Positions 51,217-63,358 of a stretch of DNA of 63,933 nucleotides are shown piece after piece (within the stretch, counting starts at the first letter, position 1; every line of letters starts with the position of its first letter). The DNA comes from Albugo candida (taxonomy: Eukaryota): NCBI GenBank assembly GCA_040437565.1, contig JBDOQK010000013.1:248068-312000 (forward strand). The letters are read 5' to 3'. The notes under the pieces were generated by a model. The model saw only the letters and a list, made by a program, of their open reading frames with translations, made no database searches and was not told the DNA's origin. Position numbers and translations under genes: made by a program.

Positions 51217-51655
51217 GCGGTTATCGCAAGATGGAATGATTGGACGTTAATGAAGACGATTGAGTCAGCTGCATTATGTATTCTTATGCGATGTATTCGT
51301 GNNNNNNNNNNNNNNNNNNNNNNNNNNNNNNNNNNNNNNNNNNNNNNNNNNNNNNNNNNNNNNNNNNNNNNNNNNNNNNNNNNNNNNNNNNNNNNNNNNN
51401 NGCTTTCACAAGTAGATTATCCAGTTTCTGCAGCCTCTCAATGGTGACATCCCCATCACTTCCCGAGTTTTCGACACATGAGGCTTGAGCTGTGCTCGAA
51501 GCCATGCGGTTATCGCAAGATGGAATGATTGGACGTTAATGAAGACGATTGAGTCAGCTGCATTATGTATTCTTATGCGATGTATTCGTGCGTCGCACAA
51601 GTAGATGCAATATAAAATGGTTCGCTAATAAGTTAAAGGTGTGTTTTCGTGGCTA

Positions 51656-54600
51656 TCACTTTTCAGTCGCAATTGTGTCGAAATCTTGTACATTCTTGCC
51701 AGAATTCTGCTCGGATTTTTTATTCGCAAATTGGAGCATTTCGCTAAGTTGCTTTTCTAGTTTTGCAGAGTGGTGTCTTTCTTCCAAATACTTGGCATTT
51801 GCGACGGTCAGTTCGCGATGAAGAAGATCATTTTCGTGCCAAAGGTGCTCCATTTCGAGTATCCGTTCTTCAGCAAGCACTTTTGCTTTTTCCAGTTGAT
51901 CGCGCAAGAGCATTACCGTTCGAGATTGCGTCTCGATTTCATCTTGCAAGTGATGCTAGGATGATGAACACAAACACAATAATAGTATTCTTTGGTGGTC
52001 GATGTGCATTCAGCAAAAAAAAATTGAGCTAACCATCATTCTTTCTCTGGCTTGGATTTCTCTGCATCGCACACAGGGAAAAGGTGAGATGGGTCAAGAT
52101 TTTGATACAGAAAAAATGCCCCCACTTTTCAATTTCTTCTCCTGCACCATATGATGGGACAGCCATTAGTTGTCGCAATTGCTCCTGTAGAATGTGGATC
52201 AGATGCTTTAGTTCTTGTTGCTCTCGAGTCAACAACGCGACTGTATGCTGTTGCTTCAGATATTGCGACATTGAGATTCTCACATCGTTGATTCTATGTC
52301 CAGGTGGTGCGTCACATACTGCTGCCTCATGACTGCTTCCGCTGCTTCGACTGCAGTTGCTTGAGTTTGCACGATAATTGTTGTCTGCTACAGATCGGCG
52401 TTCTATCTGCGAAGACTCTGTATTCGATGCGTTTAATCTTTGGAGACCGGACAAAGTTTCACTCTGGTATCCATCGACACGAGCATGAGGGGACTGACGC
52501 TCTTGAGATGATTTTCTCATGAAATTGGATAAATTGGTTGCATTTGAGATATTTATGGGAATATTCTCGTCAAGATCTTGCAGGTACTGTTCGTCTCGTT
52601 GTCTTCGCCTTTCAACTATATTGAGTAAACTTCCATAAGAACGGCCGGTAATCCTCTTATGCGCCTTTGACAAATGATCCGCTGTGTTTGGACGTTGAGT
52701 CGTGCATCCAGTTGGAGAATTACCGACAATTTCAGCAGAAGTGGTGATAGGATTCTGTCGATCACTCTCTGATCGCTTAAGCTGTTTGTACAGCTGAGCT
52801 GGAGGCACAGATTGCGATCTTGTTGTCGTGACTGAGCTACTTGCGCATCTTCCGTGTCCGCATCTTGCTGTATGCTCATCCCTACCAGCGTCCATAGTGT
52901 GCCGATGCTCTATTCCCTGGTGAGCTTTTTGCTCGAGTTCCTGAACCTCATTCCGATTCGTGCCGTCAAACTCGCACATTCGATGCTAAACGATAAAACA
53001 GACACAAAAGTAGAATGAATCTTGATTTCCATTTTTTTGGAGGTGCAAAATTGCGGTACATTTCGTGCATGAGGGGATGGGTCAGATACCACTTCTGTGA
53101 TTCGAAAGCGTCCCTTTTGAGTATCACTGTAAGAAAGGACACATTCAGTAACGCTTTCCATCTTCATGCACGTAANNNNNNNNNNNNNNNNNNNNNNNNN
53201 NNNNNNNNNNNNNNNNNNNNNNNNNNNNNNNNNNNNNNNNNNNNNNNNNNNNNNNNNNNNNNNNNNNNNNNNNNNCTGGCTTGGATTTCTCTGCATTGCA
53301 TACAGGGAAAAGGTGAGATGGGTCAAGATTTTGATATAGAAAAAATGCCCCCACTTTTCAATTTCTTCTGCTGCACCGTATGATGGGAAAGCCATTAGTT
53401 GTCGCAATTGCTCCTGTAGAATGTGGATCAGATGCTTTAGTTCTTGTTGCTCTCGAGTCAACAACGCGACTGTATGCTGTTGCTTCAGATATTGCGACAT
53501 TGAGATTCTCGCATCGTTGATTCTATGAACAGGTGGTGCATCATATGCTACTGCCTCATGACTGCTTCCGCTGCTTCGACTGCAGTTGCTTGAGTTTGCA
53601 CGATAATTGTTGTCTGCCACAGATCGGCGTTCTATCTGCGAAGACTCTGTATTCGATGCGTTTAATCTCTGGAGACCTGACGGAGTTTCACTCTGGTATC
53701 CATCGACACGAGTATGAGGGGACTGACGCTCTTGAGATGATTTTCTCATAAAATTGGATAAATTGGATAAATTGGATGCATTTGAGATATTTATGGGAAT
53801 ATTCTCGTCAAGATCTTGCAGGTACTGTTCGTCTCGTTGTCTTCGCCTTTCAACTATATTGAGTAAACTTCCGTAAGAACGGCCGGTAATCCTCTTATGC
53901 GACTTTGACAAATGATCCGCTGTGTTTGGACGTTGAGTCGTGCATCCAGTTGGAGAATTACCGACACTTTCAGCAGAAGTAGTGATAGGATTCTGTCGAC
54001 CACTCTCTGATCGCTTAAGCTGTTTGTAAAGCTGAGCTGGAGGCACAGATTGCGACCTTGTTGTCGTGACTGAGCTACTTGCGCATCTTCCGTGTCCGCA
54101 TGTTGCTGCATGCTCATCCCTACCAGCGTCCATAGTGTGCCGATGCTCTATTCCCTGGTGAGCCTTTTGTTCGAGTTCGTGAACCTCATTCCGATTCGTG
54201 CCGTCAAACTCGCACATTCGATGCTAATCGATAAAACAGACACAAAAGCACAATAAATCTTGATTTCCATTTTTTTGGAGGTGCAAAATTGCGGTACATT
54301 TCGTGCATGAGGGGATGGGTCAGATACCACTTCTGTGATTCGAAAGCGTCCCTTTTGAGTATCACTGTAAGAAAGGACACATTCAGTAACGCTTTCCATC
54401 TTCATGCACGTAAATTGCATAACCCTCTATTCAAAAGCTTGGAATCTTGTGATCGCCTCAATGCAACAAGTTTCATGAGTTCAGATTCATTCAGGTAACC
54501 ACTTGATGCATGAGGAGGTCGAAAATCACAGTTTTCTTCGTCAAAAGCACGTTGTATGCTCTACAAAATCGCCATAATTAATAAACCCAATAGAATTCTG

Positions 54601-55559
54601 TATATACCTGCTCATGAATTGCACCGCCCATGACCAAAGAACGGGGTCTTCGATGCGAAATCGATACAAAAGGAACCTGACAGTTGATAGAAGTCGAGTA
54701 GGATGCCGATCTTTGCACACATTTTACACAGGANNNNNNNNNNNNNNNNNNNNNNNNNNNNNNNNNNNNNNNNNNNNNNNNNNNNNNNNNNNNNNNNNNN
54801 NNNNNNNNNNNNNNNNNNNNNNNNNNNNNNNNNAATCTTGATTTCCATTTTTTTGGAGGTGCAAAATTGCGGTACATTTCGTGCATGAGGGGATGGGTCA
54901 GATACCACTTCTGTGATTCGAAAGCGTCCCTTTTGAGTATCACTGTAAGAAAGGACACATTCAGTAACGCTTTCCATCTTCATGCACGTAAGCTGCATGA
55001 CCCTCTATTCAAAATCTTGGAATCTTGTGATCGCCTCAATGCAACAAGCTTCATGAGTTCAGATTCATTCAGGTAACCATTTGGTGCATGAGGAGGTCGA
55101 AAATCACAGTTTTCTTCGTCAAAAGCACGCTGTATGCTCTACAAAATCGCCATAATTAATAAACCCAGTAGAATTCTGTATATACCTGCTCATGAATTGC
55201 ACCGCCCATGACCAAAGAACGGGGTCTTCGATGCGAAATCGATATAAAAGGAACCTGACAGTTGATAGAAGTCGAGTAGGATGCCGATCTTTGCACACAT
55301 TTTACACAGGAATCATTATTTGGACCCAAATCCCGCTCATTGGCAGTACGGTCGACCTCTTGGCCGTTTTCTATAGTTGAAACGCAGGCTGTGGTCACAA
55401 CAGTTCCAGGCATCGCTGCACCAACTGCAACAGTGGAAGCTGCAGCAGTAGCTATTGCAACTGAATCCGCAGCTTCATCTGCTCTGAAAGAAGCGTCATT
55501 AGAAAGATCAGTTATCGTGAATCTCCCTCGACGCTCCACGCGCTTTGGCAGCTGATGCA
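51656..55559 (-). CDS. Unknown disordered protein with GRFxI motifs and C-terminal coiled coil; assembled with an interleaved diverged second copy (53276-54733)
   Basis: RRGRFTITD and KGRFRITEV motifs; coiled coils QQHTVALLTREQQELKHL and MLLRDQLEKAK; exon structure only partly resolved. Confidence 0.6.
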
Positions 55560-55829
55560 TCAGATCGTCCAAATGGCTCGCGGGGCGTAAATTAAGTAAA
55601 GTCACTGTACGACGAAGCGAAATGCAAATCGAAAAGAGCGTTTTTTGAGAAAAATGCTAACGCGCGCACCAGTGCAATCGCTGGCCCAAAACAATCAAAA
55701 CGCATAAACTGACATTAACAAACACCAATAAAGTCACTTGTACACGCACGCATCATATGTGCTCCTCTAAACGGAGATTAATCGTCTGCAGTCTATCACA
55801 TAATTGCCAATTCGCCGCGGTGTACACGA

Positions 55830-58800
55830 TCACACGTGCGACACAGCTCGAGTCTCTCTCCATTGATTGTTTGGATATATCTTCAAATCAAGTTTCTCGG
55901 CAGTCTCAAAGGTGGTGGCATCGTCGCCATTGTGCATTCCTTTGAAAACGCATGCTTCGATGTACTCTTGTCTTCTCATCAATTGCGTCAATTCCTCTTC
56001 TTCTTTGGGGATCATTCGAGAGATGAGAAGCACGAGAAACAATCCAACTTGACAGCATACGATGTAGATACACGCTCGATTTGTGACTGACAATTCAAAA
56101 TCAAAAAGTTGATCTGCAGTGTACAAGACGATAGCCGAGTTTGTTCCAATGGCGATGATTATCATGATACGAAGAATGTAAAACCAAGCACCAATGTCTT
56201 TCGCCGGGTGTGGAAACGGTCTTCGATGAACATAACAAAGCTTGACTGCATCCACGTGGACTTCAGCGACATTGTTCACGAAAGCGAGCAATGGTGTTAA
56301 TGGGAAAGCCACGACAAATAGTGTGACAAAACCGAACTGAATGATGAGTTCGTTGTAATCTTCAAATGCTTCGTTTCTTTCATAAGGGATCAATTTCGCC
56401 TGTTTTTCGACGATATTGTGTCGCGAATTTGTTTCATCATTTGTGTCGTCAGAATACGATGTCCCTTTTTTGAATGCTTTACGCTCTTGAAACAAAGCAA
56501 ATTGGTGCTTGAGATATGGAATGACGACCTCGAGTGTGTTCCCAATCACGATTCGAATCAGAAATAGAACCAACAATTGATCACGGAGCTCTTGCATGCA
56601 GTTGTCTTTAATGCATTGGCCTTCAATAGATCGCTTGAAGAATGCAATGTAGAAAAATGACGCAAAGGAATTGCAAAACTGAAACAGAAATACTTTCCAG
56701 ATGAGATGATTTTCGTACTCAAACTCTGTTCGATGATTTTCCCAGTCGTTCAGATTTATGGCTACCCAGCGATAGACAGAGTTGAATGCGAGAATCTGAA
56801 CGGCATTGATGCCGGTGACCACCAAAGTCAAAGGCTTCTTGTATCCGGCGGTGATGTCCATTCCAAATAGACGACCGTCGTTGATCCAGAATTTCAAAAA
56901 AAATAGAAAAACCAATGCTATGAGCACAATGGCGACCATCGCTATAACTACCGCTACAGATATGGCAAACGTACGACGACGTCGTAATTTACTTGGATAC
57001 GTCAATTCTTCATCGTCAGTTTTTGGATTGTAGCTTTTTACCCCACGAAACTGCGGTCGGTATTTCGAGTGAATGTTGGAGTGGTAGTACCCCCATGCGG
57101 CATTCAGCACTGCGTTTTTCTTCTTCCAGACTTCAGCGACCAGCGTTCCCCAAATTACTATGAAGACAGCAAATGCTATCAGGATGTACGGCTGCACTGA
57201 TTTATTTTTTTCCTTGATGCTAACGGACAAGTTTCGAATCCCAACAATCTCTGTGATGATGCCTGCAATCGTTGCTATAAGCAGAAGCTTGGTGTAGAAA
57301 CCAAGCCAAGCAAAGTAAATGGCGACCTTTTCACCAAAGTAAAATCGGATTTTCTGCACCGGCTGATGAACCATAGACCAACGCAGAGCCCAAGTTGCTC
57401 GGAGATCGGAAAGAGCGACTGGGTCATGCATTGCAAATGCCGACTCCAGATACTTTGATACTTGCAGCGCATCCACGTTAATGTGCCGGCTCACAATACT
57501 AGACGTCAAACGTATCCGATCTTTCTGTGCAAAAAGTGTTTCCTCCCTGATACCGTTCCACTCAATGGGATATCGACGATAGTATGGCTGGTAAATACTC
57601 TCACTTTTATATTCCGCATATGGAGCAAAGTAAGTCATTGGGTCGTACGCTTGTGCGAGCATCCATATTTTCCGAAACCAGGATCCTGTATTGATCTCTT
57701 CTTTACGGCGTTCCAACAAGTTTGTCGACGCGGTGAGATGATGCTGGCTGTCTGCTTCTTCAGTGTGTCCCCATTTCTTCAAAGCCTTATAAAGTTTTGG
57801 ATGGTACTGTTCACCTTCTCTATTCAGCAAAGGATCTACCTCAGGGAAAGATCCAGACGCTTTTTCTGGATATCGCCTCGTTTTTTCCAAATGATGTATC
57901 GAGTTTATCCAATCACTTTTCGTGAGTTCAGCGTTGAGGAGCTCTATTTTGCTTTGGTGTTGAGAGTTGTCGAATGGTTTATTGCTCACTTGTAGCTTGT
58001 AGCCAATACGATCCGCTTCCATTCTCAAATCACTGTCATCTGCTCTTATCGTCATGAAAATTTCGTCACCGTCACAGCTGAGAAACATCCGCGTTGTGAG
58101 CCCACAGGTCACTTGAAGGCGTCTAGCCATTGCTGAAGCCACCAGCTCCGAGAAAATCAATTGTGTCGTATTTTCAGTTGAGCCTGTGAAAGCTTGATAC
58201 TCCTTCTCAAGCTTTTTCTGTTCCGATTGAAAATGCTCACTAAACTCGTGGAAAAGCGACATTCGATCATGATGATCGACGTGAGATTCACTGATAAAGC
58301 AGCGTTTGGTGCGTAAGACCCGATGAAAAGCATCGGAGACAAGGTATCCGACTTTTCTACTCTTATCTTCATCGATTCCCAGCATCAAAGCGACAAAAGC
58401 ACCCATAGAATACTCGTTCGGATCCTTCCTTTCTCCTCCAGTTTGGCGAGCGAATATCAGCACCATATCGTGATCATATAAATACACTCGATCGGAATTT
58501 TCCGGATACGGTGAATGAAATCCTGATCCAGTTTTCTGTAGCAGTCGATGTGAGAAATCGTTTGACACTTGTGTAGAAGTCATGGACGATATTTCAGGCA
58601 CTGCGGGATATTTCATGCTAAGTTCCGCTATAGATGGTCCCATGTCAATGTCTAGGGCGGCGGAATCGAGTGAAGGCGACTCCATTGATCGGTACGGTTG
58701 GCGATACCGCTGGCTATCTCGTGCATCATTTTCTGGAACTTGAGAAGTCTCGCTGAGCGAATATTGTGAAGACATGGAGGATGGTAATGTTTCTAATATG

Positions 58801-58856
58801 GGAGCGTCACTATCGCGCTTGAAATAACGACCAGCCAGACCTCTTGCTTTGTTCAT
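55830..58856 (-). CDS. Anoctamin/TMEM16 family Ca-activated channel or scramblase, intronless 1008 aa
   Basis: IRFYFGEKVAIYFAWLG, ENHRTEFEYENHLIWKVFLFQFCNSF, EDYNELIIQFGFVTLFVVAFPLTPLLAFVNNVAEVHVDA. Confidence 0.96.
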   Translation of the reverse strand: MNKARGLAGRYFKRDSDAPILETLPSSMSSQYSLSETSQVPENDARDSQRYRQPYRSMESPSLDSAALDIDMGPSIAELSMKYPAVPEISSMTSTQVSNDFSHRLLQKTGSGFHSPYPENSDRVYLYDHDMVLIFARQTGGERKDPNEYSMGAFVALMLGIDEDKSRKVGYLVSDAFHRVLRTKRCFISESHVDHHDRMSLFHEFSEHFQSEQKKLEKEYQAFTGSTENTTQLIFSELVASAMARRLQVTCGLTTRMFLSCDGDEIFMTIRADDSDLRMEADRIGYKLQVSNKPFDNSQHQSKIELLNAELTKSDWINSIHHLEKTRRYPEKASGSFPEVDPLLNREGEQYHPKLYKALKKWGHTEEADSQHHLTASTNLLERRKEEINTGSWFRKIWMLAQAYDPMTYFAPYAEYKSESIYQPYYRRYPIEWNGIREETLFAQKDRIRLTSSIVSRHINVDALQVSKYLESAFAMHDPVALSDLRATWALRWSMVHQPVQKIRFYFGEKVAIYFAWLGFYTKLLLIATIAGIITEIVGIRNLSVSIKEKNKSVQPYILIAFAVFIVIWGTLVAEVWKKKNAVLNAAWGYYHSNIHSKYRPQFRGVKSYNPKTDDEELTYPSKLRRRRTFAISVAVVIAMVAIVLIALVFLFFLKFWINDGRLFGMDITAGYKKPLTLVVTGINAVQILAFNSVYRWVAINLNDWENHRTEFEYENHLIWKVFLFQFCNSFASFFYIAFFKRSIEGQCIKDNCMQELRDQLLVLFLIRIVIGNTLEVVIPYLKHQFALFQERKAFKKGTSYSDDTNDETNSRHNIVEKQAKLIPYERNEAFEDYNELIIQFGFVTLFVVAFPLTPLLAFVNNVAEVHVDAVKLCYVHRRPFPHPAKDIGAWFYILRIMIIIAIGTNSAIVLYTADQLFDFELSVTNRACIYIVCCQVGLFLVLLISRMIPKEEEELTQLMRRQEYIEACVFKGMHNGDDATTFETAEKLDLKIYPNNQWRETRAVSHV

Positions 58857-58906
58857 ATATGAAGAAGAAATTCAGAGAGAAATAAAAGCGTTACAAATTC
58901 ATTGAT

Positions 58907-61265
58907 AGAGGTAGCTGAACTCAAGGGAAACATGCGATAAGCGAGGGTTATATATTATGACAATATGGTGCATCTCTTTATGGAAATCTCTATACCGCAA
59001 GAAAGATTCCGAGTTTTCTATTGACAGAACAACATATAACTTTGCGAGTATCTGATTACATAAACGTGATAGTCATGCTCGCATCAAGTCCCTTCTATTC
59101 TAGACTTTTGATGTCTTTCAGCATCAAATCGACAGGATTCGTGTATGAATTGATCTCATTTGTTGATATACTTGGGATATCAGCAAATCGGATCAATTGA
59201 AACGAGAGTTTTGACGAATCCATTGCCAAGGCACGTTAAAGCTTCTCCATCTCATCGCCACGCAGAAATTCCGCAAAGAGACCAGACTTAGATTTAATTG
59301 ATGGAGAAGATGGAGAATCTGGCGAGGAAACTCAAGGATGTCTGGAATCACTTAAAAAAAAATCAGCTAACGTTAACATGTTTACCCTACTCGAAGAAAT
59401 TTTTGACACTGTGATTGATACGGTCTGCAGCATCGTAAGTGTGGTTCGAATAAAGATCCGGCAGTGGCTTGGATATACAATCAACCGTGTGGTGGAAGTG
59501 GAGGAGGCGGCTGTGATTATTGCCCGTAAGGCAACTGAAAAGGTGGCTACCGAGATGTTGGTGGTCGTGGGAAAGGTGGTGGCAATCGAATATTTGGAGG
59601 ACAACTACAAGCGAATGATGTTGAGCTATCAGGGATGCATCAACCTAATTCAATGGCTGTGTTGGGTTTGGGACATTGCACGTCAAATTGAATCAGTGCT
59701 ACGGTGGGCTCGTTGGAAAAAGTGGCGTCTAACAACGTGCACTCATCGTTACAAAAGAGATGCGGGAATGTGGGGATCAACGTATTGGGGGTATCTTCGC
59801 AAATCCACAAACTGGAAAGAGTGGAACGTTAAACACATTCCAATGCGATTTCGAATCAAGTAACAAGCTTGGAACGTGTACCGACAGAATGGTACACGAC
59901 CAATGTGATGGTACCGTTTCAAAGTTTTGCTGTATTGTTTGAGTTTTTTGTGCTGCGATCTATTGGAACGATTGAGAGTGGCGGCGACACTTTGAAGTCT
60001 TCGCCCATCATTTGCGGCTACTACCATCTACCAACCATAGAGCATTCAAAGAGAGAATAATCCGTCTCAGCACTCCATAGTAATCAACAAGACGTCGAAA
60101 AAGCTGGAACACTATAAGCTCCAAGCAGTGGTTTGGAAGAAATTAAACGTTTATTTGTATTGAAAGCATGCACAGTCATTCAATGTTCACCTGCTATTCA
60201 ACTTTCATTCAGTCTCAACATCTACGATTGCTGTGGTGTACAACCGGTCACCGTATACGAAAGAATGGCTGATGTTGCACAGAATCGCATATGACGTGAA
60301 GATGTATCCAGCAAAGACCTCGCAAGATACTTACAATACTAAATTGGATGGTGAAAAGCTGTTTATTCACAAAGCCCGCCGAGCGCGGCCTACTTGAAGT
60401 ACCATTATCAGAAATGTCTGCTGACGGCAAAAGTGCTTTGAAAATCATTTGAGAACGGCGTTGCTGCTAATGGGTTGCTTGTACTGTCCCACTAATGATT
60501 TGAGAGCATTTTGTTCGCGGTTTCACAGCTTGAACGTCGAGACAAACGGACAGAATGATGTGCCATAGGATGGTACGATAGGAATATTCTTTCGTTTTCA
60601 TGGAATTCTCCGTGTGCGTATCTTTGATGCACTATTGGTTCCTTAGTGTTGCACGAAGCGGTAGAGGTCGCAAATTTATGTGAGAAATAAAGAATTGTAA
60701 AAATCATTAAAATCGACGCCATGAGATGCTCACAATCTTATCGATATTACCGACACGAGTCAAATGATCCAGAAACCATCAAGATTAGTGTCATAATAAC
60801 TATATGCTGAAGGGCTTCCTCATTTCCGGCGATAGCCAGCACGTCCGCAAAAAGAGAACAATGGACTATGCGTTCCGTCGGATCCTCTCAGCGTCNNNNN
60901 NNNNNNNNNNNNNNNNNNNNNNNNNNNNNNNNNNNNNNNNNNNNNNNNNNNNNNNNNNNNNNNNNNNNNNNNNNNNNNNNNNNNNNNNNNNNNNNAATGA
61001 TCCAGAAACCATCAAGATTAGTGTCATAATAACTATATGCTGAAGGGCTTCCTCATTTCCGACGATAGCCAGCACGTCCGCAAAAAGAGAACAATGGACT
61101 ATGCGTTCCGTCGGATCCTCTCAGCGTCGTTTATCTCGTTAGTGAGAAAGAATAACGGGTCGACGTGAAACTCGAGGAGCACTCGTGACCTTAAGCGCTC
61201 TCTTCGGTCTTCTTTCGCTCACCAGACCATCTCTTTGACGATGACCACGGGGGCATAATCCTTGA
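58907..61265. repeat. Block X' (inverted copy of 12678-14539)
   Basis: Homology starts at AGAGGTAGCTGAACTCAAGG (58907) and ends at AATCCTTGA (61265). Confidence 0.92.
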
Positions 61266-61311
61266 CGTTGTTCAATCGACTGATTCACATATCTTCAGGC
61301 AACGTTAGACC

Positions 61312-62687
61312 TTACGGCCGATTCAGATACTTTTGTTGAAGATTTTCTTTAAAATCAAATTGAGGAAGACCCCGAATGGCAACTTTTGGAGCATGAAAGA
61401 AGTACTCACAGCTTTATCGAACGTGAAATGGAGCAAGATGGCTGCCGAGGAATCGCTCTTGTGACTTCCGGTCCGACGAATGTTCCTCTAGATAGGACAA
61501 AAGAATTATTTGTTGATCTAACGGGTAGAGTGCAAGAATATTAAGGGCCTGCGTGCGTAGAGTACCTCCTGTCCATCAAGTATAGCGTCATCTTCCTGTG
61601 TCGAGAAGACTCGCTGCAGCCATTCACACGACACTTTCAAAAGTATACTCTACTCGATATATTTCAATACCAAGACGAGAATGATTGCATTATATTGGGC
61701 GGCATGGATAAAGCCCAGACAGAGCGCTTCTATAAGATCATGAAGACTCATGCTATTTCAAAACAACATATGTTGAAAGTATCGTTTAGATGTTTGCAGC
61801 AATATTTGTTGCTTCTTCGCATCGCTACACAAGCCATTCATAAAGCGAATACTCGTGGTATCGTCATCTTGGCTGCCACGGTCATGGAATACTATGTACC
61901 CATTCACTCGGAGACGCCCTTTTGGGGGAAGCAGAATGGAGCCAATATCAATGCCATCAGAAATAGCCAAAAAAATGCCAACAGTACAAATTATTTCAGT
62001 AAACAGTATGAAAAAATAGACATGAAGCTATCCATCCACTTTGTCCGAGCTCCAAATTTGATTCGGAAAATTCGCAAAGATTGGTGCCCAAAGGCATTTT
62101 TGGTCTCCTTCAGGTATGATTTACCACAGGAAACTATGATTGAAACCGCACACAAAGACTTGGAAAAGTATGGGGTAGATGTGATTGCTGGAGTCAACCG
62201 CATGGAACATCCGCATCAGATACTTCTGGTCACTGAACAAGACGAGACGATTCTCACATGTCCGGAGCATGAGGATATTAATGATGCGTTCGCTGCAAGG
62301 ATTGCAGATTTACATCGTAACTTCTGCAAAATGCGTGCAATACTGCAAAAAGCGAAAGAACTTTTGTTGTTGTCGGCCAAGTTCTGTATGTTGAAGCCTA
62401 CAGATTTNNNNNNNNNNNNNNNNNNNNNNNNNNNNNNNNNNNNNNNNNNNNNNNNNNNNNNNNNNNNNNNNNNNNNNNNNNNNNNNNNNNNNNNNNNNNN
62501 NNNNNNNACCAACCACAGCACTGGCGAGCATAAATGCAAAGTATGTCAGCAATACGGACACCGTGGACGGGAATGTCACACACAACGTGACGTTGGAATG
62601 ACCGAGCTGGTGACTTACTTTCGGTATCATGACTTTTTGTATTACGATACGAATATGAAGGAATCTGTGGAATTTTCGGCCGCTTGA
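61312..62687 (+). pseudogene. 5'-truncated PPCS-like/CCHC pseudogene copy
   Basis: Lacks the first ~14 codons of the 16223 copy; in-frame TAA at 61350-61352 (CAA in the other copy) and at 61542-61544; PPCS-like blocks LVTSGPTNVPL, YSVIFLCREDSLQPF, LAATVMEYYVP, DWCPKAFLVSF. Confidence 0.8.
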
Positions 62688-62735
62688 CTATTTGTTAGGC
62701 TTAATCTCAGTGGCACCAACGTGAGCTACATGTAT

Positions 62736-63358
62736 CAAAATCAAGTTTGCAAACGTATGGTTGATACCATGTTAGCCAAGACAAGTATAAACGAAATGAG
62801 GCTAGACATGTTTGTACTTCTTGCAATATCTATCCATCAATTGAAAGCCCTCAATCACCATTATTCACCAATTTTATCTCTATACGTTTCCATCTCGTGC
62901 AGAGCTTTCCAAAATCCTCCACCCTCAATCAGTACACGTGCAGAAAAGAGCGTTTAAACTTGTATGTATGCACCAGATAGTCTAAATGCCTTAGGCGTGG
63001 GCCTGCCTATCTAACACGTCTTTGTGGAGATAAACGTCGATCCACAATAGCTTTCGACTTCGGGGCAACGTGAGAAAACAATACTTGTCTATGTAGGTTA
63101 GCGCATACAGTTCTTGAGTCTGTTTGCTTATCAAGAAACTAGATGACTACGAGAGACTATCGACATGTTCCCTCAGTTGGCGGATGAGAAGTATGTCGCC
63201 ACGGCTAAAGATTTGTTTGGTTTCATTGAAGCTTCTTCTACAGCTGCAGCGGTTATGATTTCTATCAGTCTATCGACTTGACGGACGCCTTCTTTGTATT
63301 GCATGCTACTTCTAGTGATTTTTTTGTACTCATTCCGCCCATGCTTCTGCGACAGCTA
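62736..63358. other. 623-bp segment present in the right-hand duplicate but absent from the left copy, flanked by TAT
   Basis: Left copy (reverse complement near 15690) reads CATG-TAT-AACACTTGG; right copy reads CATG-TAT-[623 bp]-TAT-AACACTTGG. Confidence 0.8.

Noticed and set aside
59378-59863. 161-aa ORF MFTLLEEIFD as a real gene
   Set aside because: No recognisable domain, it lies in decayed duplicated DNA, and the counterpart is hidden by a gap
61266-61311. Junction filler templated from 11777-11787 (11-bp inverted match TTCAGGCAACG)
   Set aside because: A match this short is expected by chance in a 64-kb window
61350-61544. RIP-like CpA to TpA mutation as the cause of the two TAA stops
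   Set aside because: Only one CAA to TAA change is verifiable, other differences between copies show no obvious directional bias, and RIP is a fungal process
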